The notes below the pieces were generated by a model, which made no database searches, was not told the DNA's origin, and saw only the letters and a program-made list of their open reading frames with translations. A stretch of DNA of 64,000 nucleotides from Granulosicoccus sp. (GTDB lineage: Bacteria; Pseudomonadota; Gammaproteobacteria; Granulosicoccales; Granulosicoccaceae), in assembly GCA_023301795.1 (NCBI GenBank), contig JALZVU010000125.1, forward strand, positions 9,052-73,051, read 5' to 3'. Both the position numbers and the translations under genes were made by a program. Below are positions 18,089 through 27,839 of the stretch, in pieces (position 1 is the stretch's first letter; each line of letters opens with the position of its first letter).

Positions 18089-18889
18089 ATGAGTCAAGTA
18101 CTTCTCATCGGTTACGGTGCTATTGGATGCTACGTTTTCAAGGCCTTGCAACACTGCTCGCACAGTCATGTAGCTGCTGTTCTGTGTCGCGAGGGGCGGG
18201 AAGCTAACGCAAAAGCGATGTTGGGTGACAACATCATATGTATCAACAATGCCTCTCAGGCCTCCGGTCCAATTGACCTTGTGGTCGAATGCGCTGGCCA
18301 CGCAGCAGTGCAAACCCACCTTCCAACCTTGTTGCGTGACGGTAAAGACGTCATCTGCGTATCCAACGGCGTATTGTCAGACGTTCTGGTCGCTACAGAA
18401 CTTGAACAGGCAGCAATAGAAGGTGGCTCACAACTACAGCTGCTATCAGGTGCTATCGGCGGTATAGATATGCTGGCAGCCGCAAAGACAGGCGGGCTGG
18501 ATAGTGTTTGCTATCGCGGGATAAAACCACCTGCTGGCTGGAAAGGATCACCGGCAGAGAACTCCATTGATCTTGACGCCATGACCCAACCTGTAATGCA
18601 CTTCGAAGGCACCGCACGTGAGGCTGCCAGAGAGTTTCCCAAAAATGCAAACGTTGCTGCCACGGTGGCACTTGCAGGAATAGGATTCGATAGAACCCGC
18701 GTTGAACTGGTGGCAGACCCTAACGCATTAACCAACCGACACGAAGTAGAGGCCACTGGCAGCTTTGGACGTTTTACACTGACTATTGATGGCAACCCAC
18801 TTCCAGATAATCCACGCTCATCGGCACTGACAGCAATGAGCGTTATAAGAGCGATTGAAAACCGTAACGCATCTACTGTGATGGGTTAG
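18089..18889 (+). CDS. nadX: L-aspartate dehydrogenase
   Basis: N-terminal Rossmann motif 'VLLIGYGAIG', 'SGAIGGIDMLAAAK', 'NPLPDNPRSSALTAMSVIRAIEN'. Confidence 0.8.
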   Translation: MSQVLLIGYGAIGCYVFKALQHCSHSHVAAVLCREGREANAKAMLGDNIICINNASQASGPIDLVVECAGHAAVQTHLPTLLRDGKDVICVSNGVLSDVLVATELEQAAIEGGSQLQLLSGAIGGIDMLAAAKTGGLDSVCYRGIKPPAGWKGSPAENSIDLDAMTQPVMHFEGTAREAAREFPKNANVAATVALAGIGFDRTRVELVADPNALTNRHEVEATGSFGRFTLTIDGNPLPDNPRSSALTAMSVIRAIENRNASTVMG

Positions 18890-18910
18890 CAAGTATCGCT
18901 GGTTTGACAA

Positions 18911-20161
18911 TCAGGGCGCAGCGTGTCCTGCTGCATAACGTAATCCACCCAGCAAATGGGCACGAAAATCTGGTTCAGAATAACTGGCACTGGTGTGGCC
19001 GCCGCCCGTGTACCAAGATCGCCCTCCATCATAATCGTGGTACCACGCGCTCGGATGATCGTCACCCATCCCACCGCCTGAGTAGGAATTTTCGTCAAGC
19101 CTTAACAGCACATTCACCTGCGCGCGAGGATTACTGTCGTAGTCATACCATTCGTCGGTACGCATCCATGTAGAGTTCAGGTGAGCCGTTGATGGATGAG
19201 AGTCGTCTTCAACAATTTGACTCGCTGTTTGAATCACTGGGTGCCGTTCAAAATAAGCACCCACGAGAGAACCGTACCAGGGCCATTCATACTCGGTGTC
19301 ACTGGCAGCATGGATACCTGCGTAGCCACCTCCTGAGCGGATGTAACTTTCAAATGCTGTTTGCTCATCAGCATTGAGAACATCTCCCGACGTCAAAACC
19401 CAGACCACCGCATCGTACCCAGCCAGATTTTCCTCGGTGAATACATCGAGCGAATCATTCGCACGATCAGTTTGAATACCAGTAGAGGCTGCCAATTCTT
19501 CAAGCGCTATCAGTGCATCTTCTATGGAGTCGTGACGAAAATCGCGAGTCTCGCTGAAGAGCAGTACACGTGTGGTGGCAAGGATCTCGGATCCTGCGAT
19601 TAACTCGTCAAGATTACTGACACCGTCACCATCGTTATCCCATCGACCAGTATCAAACTGATCAGCAGTAATCTGGAACGACTCAGAAGAATTCACACCC
19701 GTTTTAAACAGTCTCTCAAAACTGCCTAGCGTTAGGTCGCCGTTTCCATCTGAGAACGTAACACTCAACAGGTGTTCTGTATCCGTCGGAAAATCAACAG
19801 CAGCAGACCAGAATTCGTCACCGACCCAACCTGCCGTTAGATCCTGTTCACCCCAAATCAAACGCACTTGCAAAGCATCGGATTGGTAGGCAGGAACCTG
19901 AATATCAAACGTTACCCGCGTTGAATTTTGCACTAACGGATCAGGAACAGCGGGTGCTGGATTGGTCGGATCTTGCGCTATTGGGTCCTGTGTTAGCGGT
20001 GCTTGTGCGACAGGTTCTTGTGCTGTTTGGTCCTGTAATGTCGGCTCTTGAATTACACCGGGAGATTGAGTATCACTGGAACCGGAGCAACCCGACAGCA
20101 CCAGCTGGCCAATTAATAGCGCACCGGCAATTTGAACTGGATTTGATACCGATGACTTCAT
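18911..20161 (-). CDS. Lipoprotein with a ThuA-like (class I glutamine amidotransferase-like) C-terminal domain
   Basis: Lipobox 'LSGCSGS', a Q/P/D-rich linker, a beta-rich middle module with the Ca-binding-like 'DNDGDGVSNLDE', then ThuA-like 'VLLFSETRDFRHDS...GGGYAGIHAASD...DEWYDY...DHPSAWYH...SWYTGGGH'. Confidence 0.75.
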   Translation of the reverse strand: MKSSVSNPVQIAGALLIGQLVLSGCSGSSDTQSPGVIQEPTLQDQTAQEPVAQAPLTQDPIAQDPTNPAPAVPDPLVQNSTRVTFDIQVPAYQSDALQVRLIWGEQDLTAGWVGDEFWSAAVDFPTDTEHLLSVTFSDGNGDLTLGSFERLFKTGVNSSESFQITADQFDTGRWDNDGDGVSNLDELIAGSEILATTRVLLFSETRDFRHDSIEDALIALEELAASTGIQTDRANDSLDVFTEENLAGYDAVVWVLTSGDVLNADEQTAFESYIRSGGGYAGIHAASDTEYEWPWYGSLVGAYFERHPVIQTASQIVEDDSHPSTAHLNSTWMRTDEWYDYDSNPRAQVNVLLRLDENSYSGGGMGDDHPSAWYHDYDGGRSWYTGGGHTSASYSEPDFRAHLLGGLRYAAGHAAP

Positions 20162-20628
20162 AACGCGTCCTGGGTCAATTTACAAACCTAGGTCGCTGAA
20201 CCAAAACAGTACGACCGACGAGCTCAGTATAAGAGCAATCAGGAGTCTTGTGCAGCGGGCTTTAAAACAATTGTTACGGTGCTAATACCGGGATATGCGG
20301 ATATCAGAGCATTAGTGTGATGCGCTGTCAGATGGCAAGTGGATGGTCAGGATGCCTGCGATGATAAGGCCCAGCCCGATGATCGCGGCTAGATCGGGCA
20401 TGCAAGTACTCTTGAGCGTTCGCGTCAAGTTCCAGTATAACGGTGACTGAAGGTGATGATAGCTTTGACACCGAAGCAATGGCCAATGCAGCAATGACAA
20501 TGAGCCCCACCATGATCTCGCGAACACACCTATCCAGGCTGAGCTGAGTCAGGCGCGCACCTTTGTTGGGATATACCTACGTCAATAACCCACACAGGAG
20601 TTACAGACGTAAGCGAACACTTTCCAGT

Positions 20629-23600
20629 CTAAGGATTATTTTCCGACAATTTGCCACCTTCTCTTCGATCAGCCCAGAAAGTACGACGTGTCAAGTTCAG
20701 AATACCAGTATCGATACTTTCACTACCAATCAGTATCTCTGGCACATCGCCACCTGCCTCAGTGAGCAGTACCGTAGGATCTGGAGGAATGCCTCCACGC
20801 GTAAGTGGAATGCTGGCATCATTTGCATCACGATTTCCGTCATCATCCAGATCAAAAGCCGGAACACCCGTTAACAAGTCCAACACATACACTCGACCGG
20901 AGCCAATTTCCGGAGCGCAAGCTTCGGAGTCCGTACCTGGGATGTACGTGCTGAAAATGAGATTGCCGTCAAAGCTTACACTTTGACCCAGTACTTTTTC
21001 ACCGGGTCTAGTGAAATCAAGATACCAGCCGTTTGCGTTGACTGCAGCGTCGACTAATCCTGCTACCGGCATCAGATCAGATTGGACAATCGGACGGTAT
21101 TCGGTCGTGTTCCCAACAGTACTTGCCAATCCATAATCTTCAGGTGCTTCAAACACCGCCGATTGGCGTATGACAAAGAACTGATCGTTGGTTGTCTCGT
21201 CAAGCGGATGTGCGCGCCAGCCAGATCCAATGGATATATTCAAAAACCGTTGCCCATCTTCTTCGACCAAAGCAACATCAGGCTCGGTATAAAAACGCCG
21301 CTGATTAGCTACACCGGCACCACCTAGGTCTGCAATAACACCACCCTGCACAAAATGACTGCTCTGGTTGGTGTGGTTACTTGTAAGGTCGAAGCGCCAG
21401 AGCTGCCCCCCCGTATCAGCGGCATAGATCTGATCAACATAGCCATCTCGATCTATATCGATCGTTCGCAGATTAGCTGCAATACTGTAATTCATATCCA
21501 AAAATGTTACATCACCCTTTTCGGCACTAGCATCAGTAACACCTAATCCAGACCACACTAATTTACCAGTTTCTGCCTCTACTATGTAAACACCACGACC
21601 CGCTCCGCCGTTAGCCTGATTAGTATTGGTATCATCCGGATCGTGAATCGTGTCATAACCGGCACCAAACATCAGCACGTTCATGTCCCGACCATCTTTG
21701 TGAATTTTGACTGGTGTAGGTCTCGACCACGACTCTCCCAATTGTTGAAAGCCAGGAGTACCATTGTCTCCACCCTTAATAGCCCAGGCAAGTCTCGGAT
21801 TATCAATATCAGATACATCCAGTGCGTAATAATTATTACCACCACGTCTCATGCCTATGTACAGTAAAGCACTCTCGTTATTATCAACAATAAGATTGCC
21901 GTTCACGTCATCACGCCAGATAGATATTGATCCGTCGAGGCCATAGGGACGCTCGTCTCCAAATTCATTTGTATAGAAACTATCTAGGTTGCCCAGTAGC
22001 TCGCTAGGAATGAATGAAAATTTTTCTTCACCGGTGTCTGTGTCTATCGCATGAAGAAAACCTTCATTCGTGCCAATGAACACAATAGATTTGACACCAT
22101 CGCTTGCGCTGTTGTCAGCATAGTTGATAAGAACCGGGCGCGAATGCAATGGATCTCCCATCTGCTGGCGCGCATCAGTTACATCCCCATCAGCGTCCGA
22201 ATCTTGTACGTCGACACCACGAGTCCATTTTAGCAAGTCTTCCCGATACGCAGACTGGGCTTGCGCGGTTGGCTCCTCGTTAACGATACCTAGAACAGAA
22301 TCTGTGATTTGGTTGTTACTCTCATGCAGCCTCTGGTTGGCTGTAGTAAGCGCAACGCCATTTTGGGGAACACTATCAGCATCGCCAACCCAAGTGTATA
22401 CCCGACGATTTCCGATGCCGGCAAGGCCAGTTAGCTTAATCTGATTTGCTGCCCCTCCGCGTGCTGAAACATTTCCATCTGCATCGCTCAGGAAGGCGCC
22501 GGAATTATCTCTTTCTCTCCACCAGCTCTGCGATTCGCTCGTGAAAAATCCGGTCTCAGGATTAACTGCAGGATCGCCATTAAGATCTCGAATCATGACG
22601 TCCCCCGTTCCATCATTAGCAACGCCAACTCGAAAACGCTTTAGATTACCTTGCCATTTCGGTGATTCGGAAGGCCTGAACAAAGCAAAGTAGACGTCTT
22701 CCCGATTGGTTAGGCGATTGAATTGGTTGACGGTTGCGCCTGCACCACTAAAGCCCGTGTCCGTAGCATCAACACCCACTAAAATACGTTGCAACACCGA
22801 CGTAAGCTCTTCAGCGCTATCCGCATGGTACGGGGTTCCGCCGCCCGCTTCAGCGATCGAACTGAGAAATTCCCTGTCATCATCATCAAGATTAAACGCT
22901 ATAGAGTGGGTCTTAATGGTTTGCTCAAATTTCAAGCCGATCCCTTGATCATTGGTGTTAAGCCAGCGTGCCAATTCAGTACCACATTGTCCAGGACCAG
23001 AATCAGCACACGTTGCATCGCCGGTTAGCGCCTTGATTCTAGTGGAGGCCTCATGTTCACGCGGAATTCCATCTGACAGCACGACAATGTGATTTGCCTG
23101 ACAGGCCCGGGTGATCGGCGAATTGTAGGTGGGATTGCCCACAATTCGTTCATTGTTACAGTCTTTATCGTTTAGATTACTACTAGTACAACCCGAAGGC
23201 TGGATAAGACTGCCACCGGTGTAAGAGTCAGGGTGCGCTACTCGAAAGTACCTTCGGTTATTGCTGCTAACTGTACTAGGGCCTCTCTGAAGACCAAAGT
23301 CAACACCCTCGCCTCTAAAATATAGAGCTGCCTCGTAGAGGGAATCGATGGTTGGCGTACCGCCAGCAGCCGTTAGACCATCGACAAGAGACAACAGAGT
23401 ATCTCGTGCCGTCGTCGTCCCAGCAGCATCATTTTCTTCCAAGTCAGTGACCGGATAAAGTACAGCCCCTCCTCCTTTTGTGCCGTTGTAAGTCATCAAA
23501 CCGACATTCAGATTTGAAGCTGAGTTGAGAATGCTAGTCATCGCAACCTTCAAGCGGGCTATACGACTTGATCCTGTATTGTCTGTTCTTGTCATCGAGC

Positions 23601-23823
23601 TTGATGTATCTAACACAAAAAGCACATTCGGTTGGCCATAGTCTGCTCTTTGATCAGTACCGAAGAACACCTCTGTATCGTCTGCTTGAGCTTGTGCGGA
23701 GACAGCAATAAAACCGCCTAAGACCATGGACAGCAGTACTGTTCTGCAGGTGTCGCGCGATGCAGTTAACACGTTGGCAGAGGGAGCTGCTGTGAACTCG
23801 GAATATCTAGTGTGATTGTGCAT
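20629..23823 (-). CDS. pilY1: PilY1-like type IV pilus tip adhesin with an N-terminal vWA domain
   Basis: Signal peptide. vWA MIDAS motif 'VLFVLDTSSSM'. Conserved start of the PilY1 C-domain 'MGDPLHSRPVLINY'. EF-hand-like Ca sites 'DSDADGDVTD', 'DIDRDGYVDQIYAADTGGQLWRFDL' and 'DLDDDGNRD'. Confidence 0.85.
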   Translation of the reverse strand: MHNHTRYSEFTAAPSANVLTASRDTCRTVLLSMVLGGFIAVSAQAQADDTEVFFGTDQRADYGQPNVLFVLDTSSSMTRTDNTGSSRIARLKVAMTSILNSASNLNVGLMTYNGTKGGGAVLYPVTDLEENDAAGTTTARDTLLSLVDGLTAAGGTPTIDSLYEAALYFRGEGVDFGLQRGPSTVSSNNRRYFRVAHPDSYTGGSLIQPSGCTSSNLNDKDCNNERIVGNPTYNSPITRACQANHIVVLSDGIPREHEASTRIKALTGDATCADSGPGQCGTELARWLNTNDQGIGLKFEQTIKTHSIAFNLDDDDREFLSSIAEAGGGTPYHADSAEELTSVLQRILVGVDATDTGFSGAGATVNQFNRLTNREDVYFALFRPSESPKWQGNLKRFRVGVANDGTGDVMIRDLNGDPAVNPETGFFTSESQSWWRERDNSGAFLSDADGNVSARGGAANQIKLTGLAGIGNRRVYTWVGDADSVPQNGVALTTANQRLHESNNQITDSVLGIVNEEPTAQAQSAYREDLLKWTRGVDVQDSDADGDVTDARQQMGDPLHSRPVLINYADNSASDGVKSIVFIGTNEGFLHAIDTDTGEEKFSFIPSELLGNLDSFYTNEFGDERPYGLDGSISIWRDDVNGNLIVDNNESALLYIGMRRGGNNYYALDVSDIDNPRLAWAIKGGDNGTPGFQQLGESWSRPTPVKIHKDGRDMNVLMFGAGYDTIHDPDDTNTNQANGGAGRGVYIVEAETGKLVWSGLGVTDASAEKGDVTFLDMNYSIAANLRTIDIDRDGYVDQIYAADTGGQLWRFDLTSNHTNQSSHFVQGGVIADLGGAGVANQRRFYTEPDVALVEEDGQRFLNISIGSGWRAHPLDETTNDQFFVIRQSAVFEAPEDYGLASTVGNTTEYRPIVQSDLMPVAGLVDAAVNANGWYLDFTRPGEKVLGQSVSFDGNLIFSTYIPGTDSEACAPEIGSGRVYVLDLLTGVPAFDLDDDGNRDANDASIPLTRGGIPPDPTVLLTEAGGDVPEILIGSESIDTGILNLTRRTFWADRREGGKLSENNP

Positions 23824-24641
23824 TACGCAAAGCTCCTTGGTAACTTACACGGCTGGCTTGATGAGATTCAATTGGCACAGCGCCCTCAGCACAATCTAGG
23901 GATGCGTCGACCGCACTAGCATCTTGCATAGTGTGTTGTGAGGCATCCAAAGCATTGCGTTCAACTACGAATCGTAATATCACTTAGTTAGAAATTCCGA
24001 TGTTTCGCAGAGAATAAATTTTGATAACTGGTACCAATCCAACACAGTTATCGGCAGCCACTAGAGAAACTATCGAACTCGATGCATTTTTTTGACAATT
24101 CGGTAGTTTGAAACAAACAGCGTACTTGTATTCAAATTGCGAACATACCTCGACCTCAAGCAGACTCAGATAGGCTGGCAAGGTCGATCACAATGAGCAC
24201 GGTAACCAAGCCAATACCTGGCAGGCGTAAGCGTTTTAGGGAAATCCGGCATTCATGACGCACGGGCCCTACTTGAGAGTTTGTGTGATTCAACTATATT
24301 GAAGCCGCCATTCCGCTAACGGGGACTTACTCATGCACCCTGTGACTTGCCCGCTGGAGTAATTTATGTTGACCCAGGGCCCGCGCGCGAAAGAGGTCGC
24401 ACTTTTCAATGCGGGAGCTGTGTAAATAATCTGCTGAGCGCAGAGGCAATGGACCATCGTTTTACAGGATGCTGCGGTCACAATTACGATCCTGACGATC
24501 AGTCTAAGAAAAACTGTGCGGTGCGAGTATGACGGTATGGATGAGCTATCTGGGTGAGCCGCTGACGATAGCTAGATTAATCGCTCCGACATTAGCTGCC
24601 GCCGCACCAATTGGCACCACAACGACGCTAAATGATGGAAG

Positions 24642-24671
24642 GTGGGTTACTTGTAAGCACTGGTAACCCAC
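24642..24671 (-). terminator. Hairpin downstream of the sugar ABC operon (weak terminator candidate)
   Basis: 9-bp stem 'gtgggttac'/'gtaacccac' with a 12-nt loop, 57 nt after the binding-protein stop. The trailing T-tract on the minus strand is poor ('cttccatcattt'). Confidence 0.35.
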
Positions 24672-24727
24672 AGAAAATATCCAAACCATGGCGCCCCGTT
24701 GAGGACGCCACAGAGTCCTGAGAGGTA

Positions 24728-25726
24728 TTACTTAGCCATTTGGGGCTCTGAATAACGGGTAGCATTTGCCACCAGCGCATCAGCGTCGGAGTCCTTGTCG
24801 ATCATGACAAATGGACCACCCCAGACCTCTTGAACCGGTTCACCACTGTTGTGAGCTACGAAAGCGTCCGCTACTGCCGCACCACTATCGTCAATTGAAC
24901 GTAGCACTGATGCTGTCAACCAGCCTTCACGCATAGCGACAATCTCATCACCAGTACCACCAAATCCCATGGACGCAATTGTTTCGGATTTGCCCGCTTG
25001 GCGCAGCGCTTGGCCGGCGCCTAATCCTATAGTCGACGAAACACCATAGATAAGATCAATATCGTCGTGAGCAACTAACAGATTCTGCGCGGCGTCAAAT
25101 GCCTTGGTGCGATCGAAATCGGTGAACGGTCCCATCACTACTTCGATATCCGGATTTTGATCAATGATTTCCATGAAACCGCCAACACGCAGATCATTAG
25201 TGACCCCAGGTGCACCTTGTATGATGGCGATCTTGCCTGCACCACCAATGTGCTCAACCGCCCACTCTCCAGACATCTGCCCACCGGTGAGGTGTGAGAA
25301 CGCAATGTAGCTCATGGCTCTCGCTTTCTCGTCTTCGTGCGGCTCAAGATAGTTGTAGAGTACCGTCGGGATGCCCGCTTCTTTTAGCTTGCGCAGCGCG
25401 GGAATGGCTGCTTCATACTCGGTTGGCCCCAAGGCCACATAGTCAACGCCACGCGCGATTATGGCTTCCACCTGCGCGAGCTGTCCAGCGTGATCAACAT
25501 GGCTGGCCACTGCCAAGTGCTGAATCTCATAGTCTATCTCAAGCTCATCCATCCTTCCTTGCATCGACCAGTAAACTCGCTCCCACGCATCCGATAGATC
25601 AAACGACGGTGAAAGATAAGCGATACGCAACGTTTCCGCGTGCGCTGGCACTGCCGATGCTGCAAGCAGTGCAGCTGCACTTGTCGCAATAAATGCTCGA
25701 CGGCTAAACAAACGACTTATATCCAT
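24728..25726 (-). CDS. Periplasmic sugar-binding protein (RbsB-like, ABC)
   Basis: Tat-like signal 'SRRAFIATSAAALLAASAVPAHA', followed by a type I periplasmic binding fold pattern. Confidence 0.8.
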   Translation of the reverse strand: MDISRLFSRRAFIATSAAALLAASAVPAHAETLRIAYLSPSFDLSDAWERVYWSMQGRMDELEIDYEIQHLAVASHVDHAGQLAQVEAIIARGVDYVALGPTEYEAAIPALRKLKEAGIPTVLYNYLEPHEDEKARAMSYIAFSHLTGGQMSGEWAVEHIGGAGKIAIIQGAPGVTNDLRVGGFMEIIDQNPDIEVVMGPFTDFDRTKAFDAAQNLLVAHDDIDLIYGVSSTIGLGAGQALRQAGKSETIASMGFGGTGDEIVAMREGWLTASVLRSIDDSGAAVADAFVAHNSGEPVQEVWGGPFVMIDKDSDADALVANATRYSEPQMAK

Positions 25727-25746
25727 AATCAGTGTTTCCTTTAGAT

Positions 25747-26760
25747 TTAGCGGCTACGCCGCATGAGGGACGAGAACACGGGAATACGATTTTCCCGCAG
25801 GTTGTTAATGGCTACCGCAAGCAGCACAACGATGCCCATGATGACTAATTGCCAAAAATTATCTACGCCTGCTATCACCAATGCGTTTGTCATCATTGAT
25901 AGCAGTACAGCTCCGAGCACGGTGCCGTAGATAGTGCCTCGACCACCAAACAGGCTGGTCCCACCAATGATGACTGCTGCGATGATGTGAATTTCTATGC
26001 TGGTGCCGATGGTCGCCTGCGTAGAGTCAATTCTTGCAATCATAACCAAGCCACCAATTGCCGTGACGAGCCCCATCAGGGAATAGACTAGAATTTCGAT
26101 CAGATTCACAGGCACGCCGGCCAGTCGTGCTGCCTCTCGGTTACCACCTATAGCTCGCACATATAAACCGAATTTTGTATGATTGAACAGCCATGCGCCA
26201 ACGACAGCTACTGTCATGGCAATGATCACAGGCACTGGCACACCAAAAACTTTTCCCTGACCAAGCCACGTTAATGTTTCCGGCAAACCAAAGTGCATTG
26301 TGCCCGCAGAGTGCAGTAAAGCAAGACCGCGAAGGCTTACCATCATGCCAAGCGTGGCAATAAAGGGCGGGATTTTGACAAGCGCAATAAGCGTACCTGT
26401 GAAAGCACCAATCACAGCACCCAGTGCAAACATGATTGCCACAGCAAGCGCAGGATTCATTCCACTCTTGATGAATGCAAAACCAATGACCGTCACCAGC
26501 GCTAGCACTGACCCGACCGACAGATCAATTCCTGCGCTGGTGATAACAAATGTCATAGCCACTGCAATGATGATGTAGTGCGAAGCTTGCGTCATTACAT
26601 TAGCCAGATTGGCAAGTGTTGCAAAGCGAGGATTAATAATTGTAAAGATAACGGCAAGCACAATCACAACCGCTGTTAGCCCGACGCTTTGAAGCAACCA
26701 GTGGCGATCCGCGTGACCGACGTTATTGGCAGGAGTTGAACTTTTTACGTTGGTGGCCAT
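25747..26760 (-). CDS. Sugar ABC transporter permease (RbsC-like)
   Basis: Polytopic membrane protein. 'GIDLSVGSV' and 'GGTSLFGGRGT' motifs are typical of the RbsC/AraH family. Confidence 0.85.
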   Translation of the reverse strand: MATNVKSSTPANNVGHADRHWLLQSVGLTAVVIVLAVIFTIINPRFATLANLANVMTQASHYIIIAVAMTFVITSAGIDLSVGSVLALVTVIGFAFIKSGMNPALAVAIMFALGAVIGAFTGTLIALVKIPPFIATLGMMVSLRGLALLHSAGTMHFGLPETLTWLGQGKVFGVPVPVIIAMTVAVVGAWLFNHTKFGLYVRAIGGNREAARLAGVPVNLIEILVYSLMGLVTAIGGLVMIARIDSTQATIGTSIEIHIIAAVIIGGTSLFGGRGTIYGTVLGAVLLSMMTNALVIAGVDNFWQLVIMGIVVLLAVAINNLRENRIPVFSSLMRRSR

Positions 26761-26774
26761 AAGATGTAATCGCC

Positions 26775-27542
26775 CTAGTTAGCGCTGCCAAAAGTGATCA
26801 TCTTGATCACGGCATCACGGGATGTAGTGGCCGTTTCGACAACATCAACGAGTCGCCCGTTTTTGAGAACCGCAATGCGATCCGCGATCTGAAAAACATG
26901 TTCAAGATTGTGGCTGATAATGAAGATGCTAATGCCCTCGTCTCGCATGGTACTAACCAGGTCCATCACGCGCTGGCCTTCATCAACTCCGAGCGCGGCC
27001 ATCGGCTCATCCATAATCACTAAGCTCACGTCCTGCAGCAGCAGACGACTGATCGCGATGGACTGGCGCTGCCCTCCGGAGAGTTTGACCACAGGCTTGT
27101 TAAGAGACGACACATTTACCCCAAAGCGCTCCAGCAATTCTACTGTTTTCGCTCGCATACTGGCATGGTCTAGCTCCGGCAGGAAACCGAAACGCTTTCT
27201 TTGCAATTCACGACCAAGGAAAACATTCTCTGGTACGTTTAGCGCATCGACCAGCCCAAGGCTTTGATGAATACACCCGATACCTGCATCGTCCGCATCG
27301 CGGGGGCTGCGTAATTCGATAGGCTGGCCGTTAATAAGTATCTGACCGCTATCAGGAGGCTGAGCCCCAGACAATGCCTTGACAAGTGTTGACTTGCCAG
27401 CGCCATTGTCACCCACCAGTGCCATAACCTCACCACGGTTAACAGCAAAGCTAATACTATCCATGGCTTTGAGTCCGCCATAGTTTTTAGTTAGCTCCGC
27501 AACCCGCAACACTTCTCTCACACCTTCCAAATCTGAACTCAT
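26775..27542 (-). CDS. Sugar ABC transporter ATP-binding protein (single nucleotide-binding domain)
   Basis: Walker A 'GDNGAGKST', signature 'LSGGQRQ', Walker B 'LVIMDEP'. At 255 aa it holds one NBD only. Confidence 0.85.
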   Translation of the reverse strand: MSSDLEGVREVLRVAELTKNYGGLKAMDSISFAVNRGEVMALVGDNGAGKSTLVKALSGAQPPDSGQILINGQPIELRSPRDADDAGIGCIHQSLGLVDALNVPENVFLGRELQRKRFGFLPELDHASMRAKTVELLERFGVNVSSLNKPVVKLSGGQRQSIAISRLLLQDVSLVIMDEPMAALGVDEGQRVMDLVSTMRDEGISIFIISHNLEHVFQIADRIAVLKNGRLVDVVETATTSRDAVIKMITFGSAN

Positions 27543-27839
27543 CCTTTGTTCTCGTTAAAACGCTCTGGTTATTTTTCTGTAGCGTAATCTAACAAACGCC
27601 ATATATCTATTCATCCAGTCATTCACAATAAACTAAACAAGCCTCACGTATTTGTCTAGTACTTATTCACTTTCGTTTGAACAAGCAACGAGCTAAGCGA
27701 GTGCCGTCGAATGAATGGCACCGGTTATCGGCGAGGTTTTTTATTTACAAAGTGATAAAGAACAAACTGACTATCATCACACTGCGTACGAGAAAATAGC
27801 AATGAGCTTTCCGACGACAATTTGAGCTTCCCACACAGA

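Noticed and set aside
17915-18319. 134-aa minus-strand ORF across the nadX promoter and 5' end
   Set aside because: It overlaps the clearly homologous nadX N-terminus (Rossmann motif) on the other strand and has no features of its own. The short palindromes in the spacer (GGAGAA-g-TTCTCC at 17995-18007) are noted only as possible operators.
20162-24727. The pilY1 segment as a horizontally acquired island or mobile element
   Set aside because: I could not find an integrase, transposase, tRNA target, or direct or inverted terminal repeats. A compositional shift cannot be judged reliably by eye. I report only the orphan arrangement.
27700-27750. T-run 'ggttttttattt' preceded by a small 'gtgcc...ggcac' hairpin, considered as a terminator between the M20 gene and the sugar ABC operon
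   Set aside because: The T-run is on the plus strand while both flanking operons are on the minus strand. The hairpin is only 5 bp and is not adjacent to the T-run. This is not enough to call a terminator.
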